Source: an uncultured Thermomicrobiales bacterium (GTDB taxonomy: Bacteria; Chloroflexota; Chloroflexia; Thermomicrobiales; CFX8). From it: a DNA stretch of 64,000 nucleotides. The stretch spans positions 152,783 through 216,782 of the forward strand of contig CAYWXR010000002.1 in assembly GCA_964462545.1 (NCBI GenBank), given 5' to 3'. The notes beneath the pieces are model-generated. The model ran no database searches and was not told the origin of the DNA. It was given only the letters and a program-made list of their open reading frames with translations. Positions 45,773-55,333 of the stretch are shown here, in pieces (the stretch's first letter is position 1; every line of letters starts with the position of its first letter). The translations under genes were made by a program, and so were the position numbers.

Positions 45773-46024
45773 ATGGTCGACCGAAAACGTTTTCCGCTTG
45801 TCATAAAGTACAATTACGTCATAGACTTTGTCCGCTGCCAGATTTGTGGCACCCACACCCATCTTGAAGAGGGGCCAGCCATTTTCCGTGAGAATGGCGG
45901 GGCAGTCTGTGACGAGTGCGCCCTGACCTATGCGCCGGAACTGCATGAGGTGTTGCCGCAGGCGCAACGACTTTATGCAGAAGCCTGCTCTCATCTCTGG
46001 TCGCGAACCGGACAGATGGACTAG
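45773..46024 (+). CDS. Small zinc-ribbon-like protein (CxxC ... CxxC), function unknown
   Basis: GAGGAG 8 nt upstream of the ATG. CQIC at residues 22-25 and CDEC at residues 46-49. Confidence 0.55.
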   Translation: MVDRKRFPLVIKYNYVIDFVRCQICGTHTHLEEGPAIFRENGGAVCDECALTYAPELHEVLPQAQRLYAEACSHLWSRTGQMD

Positions 46025-46152
46025 CGCAGATTCTCGCGCAGATATTCCCCCTCCGGCCCGGTGGCGGTACGATAGTAAAGAGAGAACTGGAGTGGCGTAG
46101 CGCTCTGGCGCTCACGCATATCTGCCAGACCACGTGAGAGGGGACCAGACGA

Positions 46153-48990
46153 ATGAGCTCCACAAACGATCAGTTCGGAGCAAGAGCCGAACTGGAATAT
46201 TCGGGTGGGCGCGGCATCTACTATCGCCTGGATGCATTGTCAGATTACGGGGACATCAGCAGGTTGCCGATGACGGTCAAGATCCTGCTGGAAAATGTTC
46301 TGCGTAACTGTGGTAACGACGGATTTGAACCAGGCCATGTTGAGGCGCTTGCCCGCTGGCAGCCGGGTGTCCATGCAGAAGGGGAACTACCGTACCTTCC
46401 GGCACGCGTGTTGCTCCAGGACTTCACCGGTGTTCCGGCTGTTGTTGACCTTGCCGCGATGCGCTCGGCCATGGAGCGGTTGGGTGGTGACCCCTCGAAG
46501 GTCAACCCGCTACTGCCGGCCGATCTTGTCATCGACCACTCGGTCCAGATTGATGCCTTCGCTTCCCGCTTCGCTTTCGCACACAACGTTGAGCGCGAAT
46601 ATGAGCGCAACCGCGAACGCTATGCGCTGCTGCGCTGGGCACAGCAGGCGTTCGACGGCATGAGCATCGTGCCGCCGGGCACCGGTATTTGCCACCAGGT
46701 GAACCTTGAGTACCTGTCCAGCGTTGTCCAGAACCGTGAAATTAATGGCGAGCGGGTGTTCTTCCCGGATACCTGCGTCGGCACGGACTCCCACACTCCG
46801 ATGGTGAACGGCCTTGGTGTGCTGGCATGGGGCGTTGGTGGTATTGAGGCTGAGGGCGCCATGCTTGGTCAGCCGATTTACATGCTTTCGCCGCAGGTGG
46901 TTGGTGTGCGTCTGACCGGTGAGCTTCCGGAAGGTGCTACGGCAACCGACCTGGTGTTGACCATCACCCAGATGCTCCGTGCCCACGGTGTTGTTGGCCG
47001 CTTCGTCGAATACTTTGGCACCGGCCTGAGCAAGCTGCCGGTGGCAGACCGTGCCACGATCGGCAACATGTCGCCGGAATACGGCGCGACGGTTGGCCTC
47101 TTCCCGATTGACGATGAAACCCTGCGTTACATGCGCCTGACCGGTCGCTCGGAAGAGCAGATCGAACTGGTCGAGAAGTACGCTCGCGCACAGGGCATGT
47201 TCCGCACCGATGATTCGCCAGACCCGGTCTACGATGAAGTGCTGGAACTCGATCTCAGCACCATTGAGCCGAGCGTTGCCGGCCCGCGCCGCCCGCAGGA
47301 CCGCAACTCGCTCTCAGAGGTCAGCAAGGCCTTGTTCGACACCTTCGGTGAACAGATCGGCCGGCCATCCTACGTGTCCGAGCGCAAGAAGCAGGTCGTC
47401 GCTGACACTGCTGCGGTTGCCCAGACCTTCCCGGCCAGCGATCCGATGCCGGCCCAGGAAGAGACTCCGGGCGGTGTGCCGGACTGCGAAGACGATGCTA
47501 TCGGCATGAAGCAGGATCCGAACGATGCCGGGTTGATTCCTGCCGAGGCTCAGCATGACGGTAACGAACTGGGTCATGGCTCGGTCGTTATCGCCGCAAT
47601 CACCAGTTGCACCAACACCTCCAACCCGTCGGTCATGCTTGCTGCCGGTCTGCTGGCGAAGAAGGCTGTCGAGCGCGGGCTCGAGGTCAAACCGTTCGTC
47701 AAGACCAGCCTTGCACCGGGCTCTCGCGCTGTGCAGGACTACTACGAGAATGCCGGCCTGATGCCGTATCTTGAGCAACTGGGCTTCCACATTGTCGGCT
47801 TCGGTTGCACCACCTGTATTGGTAACAGTGGTCCGCTGGTTCAGGAAGTTGCCACTGCGGTCGAGGAGAATGACCTGGTTGTTGCCTCGGTGTTGAGTGG
47901 TAATCGCAACTTTGAGGGCCGCATTCACCCGCAGGTTCGTGCCAGCTTCCTGGCGTCTCCGCCGCTGGTCGTTGCCTATGCATTGGCCGGCACGGTCGAC
48001 ATCGATCTTTCCAGCGATCCGCTTGGCAAGGACAAGGATGGCAACGACGTCTACCTGCGCGACATCTGGCCGACCCAGGAAGAGATCGCCGATGTTGTCG
48101 GTGCGGCCGTGACCGCCGAGGTCTTCTCGCGCAACTACAGCCGCGTCTTCGATGGCGACGAAACCTGGCGCTCGCTGGAAGTCCCGGAAGGTCAGCTCTA
48201 CGCCTGGGATGATGAATCGACCTACGTCAAGGAGCCGCCGTACTTCGACGGCATGACGCTGGAGCCGGATGACCCGACTGACATCGAGAACGCCCGGGTG
48301 CTGCTGAAGCTTGGCGATTCGATCACGACCGACCACATCTCGCCGGCCGGTTCGATCGCACCGAAGAGCCCGGCAGGGGAATACCTGATCCTGAACGATG
48401 TCTCGCTCTTCGACTTCAACTCCTACGGCGCACGTCGTGGCAACCATGAGGTAATGATCCGTGGCACGTTTGCCAACATCCGCCTGCGGAACGAACTGAC
48501 TCCGGGCAAGGAAGGTAGCTGGACCCGCTACTTCCCGACCGGTGAGGATCTTTCGATCTACGAGGCATCCTGGCGGTATCAGGAGACCAACACCCCGCTG
48601 GTGGTGCTGGCCGGCAAGGAGTATGGCTCCGGCAGCTCTCGCGACTGGGCCGCCAAGGGACCACGCTTGCTGGGTATCCGCGCGGTTATTGCCGAGTCCT
48701 ACGAGCGCATCCACCGCAGCAACCTGGTGATGATGGGCGTTCTGCCGCTGCAGTTCAAGGATGGCGAAGGTCGCGAATCGCTTGGTCTGGATGGCACCGA
48801 AGAGTTCACCATCAAGGGCATCGCTGATGGCCTGAAGCCTCTCCAGGACCTGACCGTCGAGGCGAAGCGGGCAGATGGCACCATCAACCGCTTCCAGGTT
48901 ACGGTGCGGATTGATACCCCGGTCGAGTGGGACTACTACCGCCACGGCGGTATTCTCCCGATGGTTCTCCGCCGCCTGGCCGAGGCTTAA
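46153..48990 (+). CDS. acnA: Aconitate hydratase A
   Basis: 945 aa, AcnA/IRP family throughout. Fe-S ligand region [10 protein letters not shown] and [12 protein letters not shown]. Confidence 0.97.
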   Translation: MSSTNDQFGARAELEYSGGRGIYYRLDALSDYGDISRLPMTVKILLENVLRNCGNDGFEPGHVEALARWQPGVHAEGELPYLPARVLLQDFTGVPAVVDLAAMRSAMERLGGDPSKVNPLLPADLVIDHSVQIDAFASRFAFAHNVEREYERNRERYALLRWAQQAFDGMSIVPPGTGICHQVNLEYLSSVVQNREINGERVFFPDTCVGTDSHTPMVNGLGVLAWGVGGIEAEGAMLGQPIYMLSPQVVGVRLTGELPEGATATDLVLTITQMLRAHGVVGRFVEYFGTGLSKLPVADRATIGNMSPEYGATVGLFPIDDETLRYMRLTGRSEEQIELVEKYARAQGMFRTDDSPDPVYDEVLELDLSTIEPSVAGPRRPQDRNSLSEVSKALFDTFGEQIGRPSYVSERKKQVVADTAAVAQTFPASDPMPAQEETPGGVPDCEDDAIGMKQDPNDAGLIPAEAQHDGNELGHGSVVIAAITSCTNTSNPSVMLAAGLLAKKAVERGLEVKPFVKTSLAPGSRAVQDYYENAGLMPYLEQLGFHIVGFGCTTCIGNSGPLVQEVATAVEENDLVVASVLSGNRNFEGRIHPQVRASFLASPPLVVAYALAGTVDIDLSSDPLGKDKDGNDVYLRDIWPTQEEIADVVGAAVTAEVFSRNYSRVFDGDETWRSLEVPEGQLYAWDDESTYVKEPPYFDGMTLEPDDPTDIENARVLLKLGDSITTDHISPAGSIAPKSPAGEYLILNDVSLFDFNSYGARRGNHEVMIRGTFANIRLRNELTPGKEGSWTRYFPTGEDLSIYEASWRYQETNTPLVVLAGKEYGSGSSRDWAAKGPRLLGIRAVIAESYERIHRSNLVMMGVLPLQFKDGEGRESLGLDGTEEFTIKGIADGLKPLQDLTVEAKRADGTINRFQVTVRIDTPVEWDYYRHGGILPMVLRRLAEA

Positions 48991-49010
48991 GGTACTTCAA
49001 TCGTAACGAC

Positions 49011-49045
49011 AAACGGGGCCGCGGGAATCTTCCGCGGCCCCGTTT
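49011..49045. terminator. Bidirectional rho-independent terminator
   Basis: aaacggggccgcgg-gaatctt-ccgcggccccgttt, between the convergent acnA and collagen-like genes. Confidence 0.85.
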
Positions 49046-49069
49046 CCCTTGCTCCCTGGCGGGGTGGTT

Positions 49070-50386
49070 TTATTCTTCGATTTCCTCTTCATCTGCTGAC
49101 ATCACTGCGCAGAGCACCCATGCCTTGAACATGTCGTCCGCCCCGGAACGCTTACGGATGATCACCAGCCAGCCAGTCAGTGATTCGGTTGGTTCGGTGA
49201 ACCAGAGGTCTGATTCGAGTAATGGATGGGAGGCCTTGACGTCGAAGTCACGTCCAAGCGGGAGTTCATGCCCACCCGAGATGGGAATGTCGCCAGGATT
49301 GCAGGAAGCAACAAGGTAATATGAACTGCTCGCGATCAGGGTGCCAGCCAGATTTTCGGTGCTGACCAGATAGGTTTCCGGAAACCCGCCTGATCCACCG
49401 CTACCTGGAGGTCCGGGAGGTCCTGGTTCTCCCTGTTCGCCTTTATCGCCCTGCTCGCCTTTGTCTCCTTGCTCACCTTTTTCTCCCTGTTCGCCTTTAT
49501 CGCCCTGCTCGCCCTTGTCTCCTTGCTCACCTTTTTCGCCTTGCTCGCCCTTGTCGCCAGTTTCGCCTTTCTCCCCTGGTAAACCGTCTACTCCGGCAAG
49601 GCCCGGTTCCCCTGTTTCACCTTTGTCTCCTGGAGGGCCTTTATCGCCGGTTTCTCCTTTTTCACCCTGTTCTCCCTTGGAACCTTGCGGACCTGGGGCA
49701 CCATCCGGGCCGGGGGCGCCCTGTTCACCCTTGTCGCCCGGAGCACCTTGCTCACCAGGCGCTCCGTCCGGGCCGGGATCGCCGGGGGCACCTTTTTCAC
49801 CAGGTGCTCCGTCCGGCCCGGGATCTCCCGGCGGTCCCTTCTCTCCTGAGGCGCCATCCGGGCCGGGGGCGCCTTGTTCACCCTTGTCGCCTGGTGGGCC
49901 TTTTTCTCCCGGTCCGCCGGGGAGTCCCTGAGCACCGGCGGGGCCAGTTTCCCCTTGCTCGCCTTGCGGGCCGGTGGGACCCTGTGGACCAGCCGGCCCA
50001 GGTTCCCCGGGTTCACCCTGCGGGCCGCCAGGGCCTTGCGGCCCCTGGAGACCCGGAGGTCCTGGTGGGCCGGGATCACCTTTCGCACCAGGCTCTCCCT
50101 GTGGCCCGGCAGGGCCTTCAATTGCGACGTTGCTGAAACTGAACTGCCGTTCGGCCGGGCCGAGACGGGATCGTTTGGTGCGGCACTCTTCCGGGTTGTC
50201 GACGATGCGTACCCAGCCGGAACGTGTGCTGACACAGGCATGGAGGATGGCGTGGATGTGGTCGTCGTCAAGCGCGGCAAGATCGGAGATGGTAACTGCC
50301 AGGAGCGGAATAACGATGACGGCGATGCCGGCTGTTCGTATCCACCGGTGGTATCGGCGCACACGTTCCACCAGAGGTCTGCTCAT
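49070..50386 (-). CDS. Membrane-anchored collagen-like triple-helix-repeat protein
   Basis: 438 aa. N-terminal anchor [18 protein letters not shown], a 50-aa spacer, about 81 uninterrupted G-X-Y triplets (aa 91-333), then a 105-aa non-repetitive C-terminal domain ending in the acidic EEEIEE. Confidence 0.9.
   Translation of the reverse strand: MSRPLVERVRRYHRWIRTAGIAVIVIPLLAVTISDLAALDDDHIHAILHACVSTRSGWVRIVDNPEECRTKRSRLGPAERQFSFSNVAIEGPAGPQGEPGAKGDPGPPGPPGLQGPQGPGGPQGEPGEPGPAGPQGPTGPQGEQGETGPAGAQGLPGGPGEKGPPGDKGEQGAPGPDGASGEKGPPGDPGPDGAPGEKGAPGDPGPDGAPGEQGAPGDKGEQGAPGPDGAPGPQGSKGEQGEKGETGDKGPPGDKGETGEPGLAGVDGLPGEKGETGDKGEQGEKGEQGDKGEQGDKGEQGEKGEQGDKGEQGDKGEQGEPGPPGPPGSGGSGGFPETYLVSTENLAGTLIASSSYYLVASCNPGDIPISGGHELPLGRDFDVKASHPLLESDLWFTEPTESLTGWLVIIRKRSGADDMFKAWVLCAVMSADEEEIEE
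49388..50116 (-). repeat. Coding G-X-Y (9-nt period) repeat tract with an internal 54-nt tandem duplication
   Basis: GPP/GEQ/GDK/GAP triplets. Near-identical 54-nt units begin at about 49437 and about 49491 (tcgcctttatcgccctgctcgcc[t/c]ttgtctccttgctcaccttttt...). Confidence 0.9.
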
Positions 50387-50433
50387 TCCGCCAACCTTTC
50401 ACCAAGATGCAAGTTTTTCCGGGTTCTTGCGCG

Positions 50434-50463
50434 ATTGTAAGGTGTACGTACATCCATTGTCAA
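50434..50463 (-). promoter_or_regulatory. Promoter candidate for the collagen-like gene
   Basis: Minus strand reads TTGACA (50463-50458), N18, TACAAT (50439-50434). It lies about 45 nt upstream of the ATG at 50386 and just after the dnaE2 stop. Confidence 0.5.
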
Positions 50464-50467
50464 TGGG

Positions 50468-53400
50468 CTAACGGTAATCGTGCGACGCGACCAGCAGGGG
50501 TGGGTCGTGGGCCAGTTCCTGAATGATCTCTTCCTGGTCCGGTGCCGGTTCGACCGGGATGGCAGTGATCTTTTGTGCGATGACATTGACAACATCGCCC
50601 TGTCGTTCGAGACGGCCCTCGACCATGATGACCGGCGAGGTGCGCATGGTCAGCCGTTCCCGGTTGTAGAGATCTTCGTAGACGACAACGTTGATCAGAT
50701 CGAACTCGTCCTCCAGCAGCAGGAAGGTGATGCCCTTGGCCGTGCTGGGACGCTGCCGGCAGACTACCAGTCCGGCCACCCGGACATGCCGGTTGTGGGG
50801 CGTTTCGTGGATCTGTTTCGTGGTGAGTACCCGCTCTCCCATTTGCGGCCGGAGCAGCAGCATCGGGTGCCAGTGGACCGAAAGCCCGAGGATCTCGTAA
50901 TCCAGCCGCATCTTCTTCCAGACCGAGATTGGTGGCAGGCTCACCATATCCTGTTCGGTTGGCAATTCCAGTGCCAGTTGGCGTGCGGCTGCCGGCTTGC
51001 GTTTGACAACATGGTTGGCTGGCAGGAGCAGGCCCAGTTGCCAGGCAAGTTCACGGCGGCGCATCCCGGTCCAGTCGAACCCTCCCACCAGAATCAGCCG
51101 TTCGATGGTTTCCCGGCGAACCTGCACCCGGCGCACAAGGTCGGGAAGAGAACGATAGGGACCGTTTTCCCGGCGTTCCTGTTCGATCGCCTCGGCATCC
51201 TGGGTACTCATGCCCTTGATATAGCCCAGCCCGATCCGGATGGCGCGGCCCTCGACCGAGCAGCGTGCCCGGCTCAGGTTGACATCGACCGGCAGCACCT
51301 GCAGGCCAAGCCGTTTGGCATCGCCCACCAGCGTATGGGGCGGGTAAAAGCCCATCGGTTGCTCGTTCATCACCGCACAGGTGAATTCGGCCGGATAGTA
51401 ATAGCGTAGCCAGCAGGATTGATAGGCCAGGATGGCGAAACTGACCGAGTGGGCTTTCGGGAACCCGTAGGAAGCGAACCCCCGGATTTTCTCGAAGACC
51501 GTTGCGGCAATCTCCTCGCTGACGCCGTTGGCACGGGCGCCATCACGAAATCGTTCCCAGATTGCATCCATCGCTGCGGCGGAGCGTCCGCGAGACATTG
51601 CCCGGCGAAGTTGATCGGCCTCGCCCGGCGAGAATCCTGCCAGTTTCATCGAAACCTGGAGAATCTGTTCCTGATAGAGAATGACCCCGTAGGTCTCTTC
51701 GAGAATATCTTCCAGTAGCGGATGGTCGTAGGTGATCTCTGGTTTGCCGGTAAGGCGGTACTGTTCGCGTGCCCTGATCCAGGGGCGGGTAGCACCACCA
51801 ACAATCGGGCCTGGGCGGACAATCGCCACCTGCACCACCAGGTCATCCAGTGTTTCCGGCCGGGTTTTGAGCAGGGTCTGAATCTGGGCACGGCTCTCGA
51901 TCTGGAAGGTGCCGACCGTGTCACCCTTCTGGATCATCTCGAAGACGCCGGGATCCTGAAAATCAATCCGCGAGAGATCGACCGGTTCCTGATGTTCGGC
52001 GATCAGTGTCAGGCACTCCTCGACGGCGCTGAGCATCCCCAGTCCGAGCAGGTCGATCTTGACGAAGCGGGCATCGGAGCAGGTGTCCTTGTCCCACTGA
52101 ATCAGGTGCCGGCCTTCCATTGCTGCCGGTTGCATCGGCACCAGATTGGCAATCGGCTCCGACGAGACCACCATACCGCCGCTGTGCTGGCTGACATGAC
52201 GGGGCATTCTGCTGATCTGGGCGGCAATATCTGCCAGATGCTGCCAGAGCGGTGAATCGGGGTGGGGCAGTTCTCCGGCACGTTCGATGACCTCGCCAAG
52301 TCCGCCGGCACTGCCGAACTCACCGAGTTTTGCCAGACGGTCCAGTATCTGGGGTGGCAGGTTCAACGCCTTGCCGACATCCCGGATGGCACTGCGCATC
52401 CTGTAGGTGGCATAGGTGCAGACCAGCCCAACCCGTTCCGGGTAGATGTGGTAGAGACGCTCCATCAAGGCTGCCCGGATATCGCGCGGGAAATCGAGGT
52501 CAATATCCGGGACATCATCCAGTTCCTCGTTCATGAAGCGCCCGAAGAACAGGTTGTGTTTCAGCGGGTCAACGTGGGAAAGCTCAAGGAGATAACAGAC
52601 GATCGAACTGACCGAAGAACCCCGCCCGCGGCCAGCCGGCAGGTTACCGATCTGGCGGGCACGATTATCACCTCGTACCTCGGCGGCGACATCTGCCGCC
52701 AGTTGCATGATGTCGGCATAGGTCAGGAAAAAGCCGGAGAGTTTGTGCCGCTTGATCAGCGACAGTTCCTCTTCCAGTTTGGCGAGTGCCTGTTGATCGC
52801 CCTTGTCATACCGGGTTTCGAGTTTTTCATGGGTCAGGCGCCAGAGCCGTTCGTCGGCCGTTTCGCCATCGCCGGTGGTGTATTGGGGGAATTCGTATCC
52901 GAGGTCGTCCTTGAGGTTGAAACCGCTGCACCGTTCGGCGATGACCAGGGTATTGGTCAAGGCTTCCGGATAGCGACGGAACCGGCGTTGCATTGTTTCT
53001 GCTCCGGCCAGATACCACTCGCTGTTGATCCGGCGGTCATTGGCGGCACTATCCAGATTGGTGCGATGACGGATCGAGACCAGCACATCCTGGAGCCGGG
53101 CTCGTTCGATTGTGTGATAGTGCACATTCCCGGTCGCGACGATTTCCGCCCCGGTTTCGCTGGCAAGTTCGGCCAGACGGGCAGTGCGCCGGAGATCGCC
53201 CTTCACCAGATTGCGCTGGAGTTCAACAAACACCTGTTCCGGCCCGAACCACTCCTGATACTGGCGGATCAGTTGCCGTCCCTCCTCAAACCGCCCGGCA
53301 TCGACCAGGCGGTTGAGCGCGGAGTTCCGGCAGCCGGTCAACAGAATCAGCCCTTCGGCGCGGTCAGCCAGCAGATCGACCGGTAGCATCGGGTCGTTAC

Positions 53401-53719
53401 GCTCTCCGGTGTAGTGAGCACTGGTGATCAACTGGCAGAGATTGCGATAGCCGATCCGGTTCTCCACCAGCAGCGTCAGGTGCGAGCCATCGGTGAGGGT
53501 GAGTTCCGCCCCGGTGATCGGCTGGATGCCGGCCGCACTGGCGAAATTGGCGAAATCCAGTGCGGCGTGCAGATTGTCATGGTCGGTCAGTGCCATCGCC
53601 GGCATCCCCAGCCGGGCTGCTTCCTGAACCAGTTCCTCCGGAAATGAGGCGCCATCCAGCAGGGAGAAGCAGGAGTGGGCGTGCAGTTCGGCGTATCCCG
53701 GTTCAGGCTCGCTGCTCAT
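50468..53719 (-). CDS. dnaE2: Error-prone DNA polymerase III alpha-like subunit DnaE2 (ImuC)
   Basis: N-terminal [26 protein letters not shown] and about 1083 aa, the DnaE2 length class. It sits directly downstream of imuB. ATG at 53719; the track TTG at 53743 is possible. Confidence 0.9.
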   Translation of the reverse strand: MSSEPEPGYAELHAHSCFSLLDGASFPEELVQEAARLGMPAMALTDHDNLHAALDFANFASAAGIQPITGAELTLTDGSHLTLLVENRIGYRNLCQLITSAHYTGERNDPMLPVDLLADRAEGLILLTGCRNSALNRLVDAGRFEEGRQLIRQYQEWFGPEQVFVELQRNLVKGDLRRTARLAELASETGAEIVATGNVHYHTIERARLQDVLVSIRHRTNLDSAANDRRINSEWYLAGAETMQRRFRRYPEALTNTLVIAERCSGFNLKDDLGYEFPQYTTGDGETADERLWRLTHEKLETRYDKGDQQALAKLEEELSLIKRHKLSGFFLTYADIMQLAADVAAEVRGDNRARQIGNLPAGRGRGSSVSSIVCYLLELSHVDPLKHNLFFGRFMNEELDDVPDIDLDFPRDIRAALMERLYHIYPERVGLVCTYATYRMRSAIRDVGKALNLPPQILDRLAKLGEFGSAGGLGEVIERAGELPHPDSPLWQHLADIAAQISRMPRHVSQHSGGMVVSSEPIANLVPMQPAAMEGRHLIQWDKDTCSDARFVKIDLLGLGMLSAVEECLTLIAEHQEPVDLSRIDFQDPGVFEMIQKGDTVGTFQIESRAQIQTLLKTRPETLDDLVVQVAIVRPGPIVGGATRPWIRAREQYRLTGKPEITYDHPLLEDILEETYGVILYQEQILQVSMKLAGFSPGEADQLRRAMSRGRSAAAMDAIWERFRDGARANGVSEEIAATVFEKIRGFASYGFPKAHSVSFAILAYQSCWLRYYYPAEFTCAVMNEQPMGFYPPHTLVGDAKRLGLQVLPVDVNLSRARCSVEGRAIRIGLGYIKGMSTQDAEAIEQERRENGPYRSLPDLVRRVQVRRETIERLILVGGFDWTGMRRRELAWQLGLLLPANHVVKRKPAAARQLALELPTEQDMVSLPPISVWKKMRLDYEILGLSVHWHPMLLLRPQMGERVLTTKQIHETPHNRHVRVAGLVVCRQRPSTAKGITFLLLEDEFDLINVVVYEDLYNRERLTMRTSPVIMVEGRLERQGDVVNVIAQKITAIPVEPAPDQEEIIQELAHDPPLLVASHDYR

Positions 53720-53996
53720 GCCAGGTCTCGTGCACGAGATCAAGATAAATCGTTATCCGGGATCCATTCGCCAGAATCAGTTCGAAGTAGAGTCTCCGGA
53801 CCTGTTCCTCCTCAACCCGCCACCAGCCATCCTCGATCTTCCAGACCTCAACGATTTCCACCACCTGGATATCGTTCTGGCCCAGATGGACCCATGTCGG
53901 GATGCCGCGATCATCGACTGTTACCTGGAGCGGACGTGCCAGGTTCAGGGCTCGTAAACCGCCAATGCCCAGCGATGTTCGGGAAGTCTTGCCCAT
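53703..53996 (-). CDS. 97-aa protein embedded between imuB and dnaE2 (resembles the Trp-rich C-terminal module of long ImuB proteins)
   Basis: Has its own SD, GAGGTG, 5 nt before the ATG at 53996. It overlaps the imuB 3' end by 52 nt and the dnaE2 5' end by 17 nt, in a different frame. Motif EVWKIEDGWWRVEEEQVRRLYFELILANGSRITIYLD. Confidence 0.65.
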   Translation of the reverse strand: MGKTSRTSLGIGGLRALNLARPLQVTVDDRGIPTWVHLGQNDIQVVEIVEVWKIEDGWWRVEEEQVRRLYFELILANGSRITIYLDLVHETWHEQRA

Positions 53997-55144
53997 CGGT
54001 TCACCTCGACAATCTGATAGAGCGGCGATGTTTCATAGCGCTGGCAAAGTTCGGCAATTGCGCCCCGTAGCCGGGCTGCGGAGCGGTTGTGCTCCTCTCC
54101 CAGAGCAATTTGTTGTGGTGCCTGTTCACCGGTATCGAGAAGTTCCAGTTGGATGGCAGTCACCGCAGCATCGAGTGGCAGATTGCCCAGTTGGCTTCGC
54201 ATCAACGCCACCAGACGACGCGGATCGCGGGTGCCATTCTTCACCAGGAAGGTCCGGCCGACGGTGCCGCCATAGGCCAGTTGCAGGTCCAGCCTGATCC
54301 GGCGAACAGCCTTGCCCCGCAGTTCCGGCCGGGCCAGCAACCTGCCGGCCACGATTCGCAGTGCGACAGCAAGTTCCTGCTCCATGGCAGTCGGGGCAGG
54401 CAGGGAAAGCACCTCGATCACCGGCTCAAGGATTGGCTCCGGCACGAACGGATCGGCATTTTCGCCCCGCGCAAATTGCCAGGCCCGTTTGCCCTCGTTG
54501 CCAAACTGGGCCAGCATTGCCGTGAGTGGCAACCGGGCAATATCGGCGATGCGTTGCAGACCGAGTCGTTCCATCCGGCTCAATACCTCCGGTGCGACCG
54601 GCAGCAGGTCGATGGAGTGGTCTTCCAGTAGCGTGCAGGTTTCTTCCGGCGACACCACCCGTACCGTTCCGGGCCGGGTGGTGCGTGCAGCAACAAATGC
54701 CGGAAAGACGCCGGTGGCCATGCCGAGGCGTGGTTTCAGATCGGACATGGTGGCAGCAATCAGTGCGCGTCCCAGTTCTTCGGGGCTGGAATAGTGCCGC
54801 TGCAGACCTCGCAAATCGAGATAGACCTGTCCTGCCGGTCCGCGTTGCAGCGTGGGGCAGACCTCCGAAAGTGCCTGGATCAGGGCCGTGTGCTCGGCGG
54901 CATAGGCCAGTGGCTCTTCCGGGAGGATCGTGACCTGCGGGCACAGCGATTGGGCATCGCGAGCGCTCATGCCGGGTCGAAGTCCCAGTTCGGTTGCCTT
55001 GCGTGAGCAGTCGACCAGAACACCGCGTTGTCCGGCGGTGGCAATGGCAACCGGGGTTCCCTGTAATCCGGGATGCTGGCGTAGCGCCAGACGAAGTGGC
55101 AGATGGGTAATCAGCAAGCAGCCAAAGGGAGGCCAGTTATTCAT
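53945..55144 (-). CDS. imuB: ImuB-like Y-family polymerase homologue (short form, about 400 aa)
   Basis: FGCLLITHLPLRLALRQHP ... PVAIA ... ATELGLRPGMSARDAQSLCPQVTILP is the ImuB/DinB-like N-terminus. ATG at 55144 (AAGGA 4 nt upstream). The track start at 55309 would run through the promoter and LexA box. Confidence 0.85.
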   Translation of the reverse strand: MNNWPPFGCLLITHLPLRLALRQHPGLQGTPVAIATAGQRGVLVDCSRKATELGLRPGMSARDAQSLCPQVTILPEEPLAYAAEHTALIQALSEVCPTLQRGPAGQVYLDLRGLQRHYSSPEELGRALIAATMSDLKPRLGMATGVFPAFVAARTTRPGTVRVVSPEETCTLLEDHSIDLLPVAPEVLSRMERLGLQRIADIARLPLTAMLAQFGNEGKRAWQFARGENADPFVPEPILEPVIEVLSLPAPTAMEQELAVALRIVAGRLLARPELRGKAVRRIRLDLQLAYGGTVGRTFLVKNGTRDPRRLVALMRSQLGNLPLDAAVTAIQLELLDTGEQAPQQIALGEEHNRSAARLRGAIAELCQRYETSPLYQIVEVNRWARLPEHRWALAVYEP

Positions 55145-55258
55145 ATCATCCTTGCCTCTCAGGCACAGATTCCTTGAAAAACACGACACCCCGGCAGATC
55201 CGGGGTGGGCGGGGCGCTCTGGCGCTCTATCGTTATGGGCTGTAGCCCTTGTTGGTAT

Positions 55259-55287
55259 AGAATAGAACAAATGTTCTGATCCGTCAA
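55259..55287 (-). promoter_or_regulatory. imuB-dnaE2 promoter candidate (TTGACG-N17-TATTCT) with the SOS box in its spacer
   Basis: Minus strand reads TTGACG gatcAGAACATTTGTTC TATTCT, about 115 nt upstream of the imuB ATG. Confidence 0.65.
55264..55277. promoter_or_regulatory. LexA (SOS) box, Gram-positive/Chloroflexi-type GAAC-N4-GTTC
   Basis: AGAACAAATGTTCT has perfect 5-bp palindromic arms. It lies between divergent imuB and SRAP genes and directly abuts TATAGAAT on the plus strand. Confidence 0.8.
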
Positions 55288-55333
55288 CCAGTATCATCAG
55301 AGACAGCAACCGGAATGATCAGGAGGAAGAGCC

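Noticed and set aside
46100-46113. Exact 14-mer GCGCTCTGGCGCTC shared with 55214..55227, both in 5' regions (acnA and imuB/SRAP)
   Set aside because: My back-of-envelope expectation for random 14-mer matches in 64 kb on both strands is of order ten, and the sequence is low-complexity.
47314-48945. 543-aa ORF antisense to acnA
   Set aside because: It is a shadow ORF inside an unambiguous aconitase gene, with a low-complexity Arg/Gly/Val-rich translation.
49388-50116. Periodic repeats as a possible CRISPR or minisatellite array
   Set aside because: The period is 9 nt (54-nt units) with no unique spacers, and the tract is entirely coding for Gly-X-Y. There are no cas genes.
49336-50440. Alternative-frame and antisense ORFs (49461..49931, 49588..50364, 49874..50440 and others) within the collagen repeat
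   Set aside because: The 9-nt periodic repeat keeps several frames open. Only the G-X-Y frame has a TM anchor, a non-repetitive head domain and a promoter candidate.
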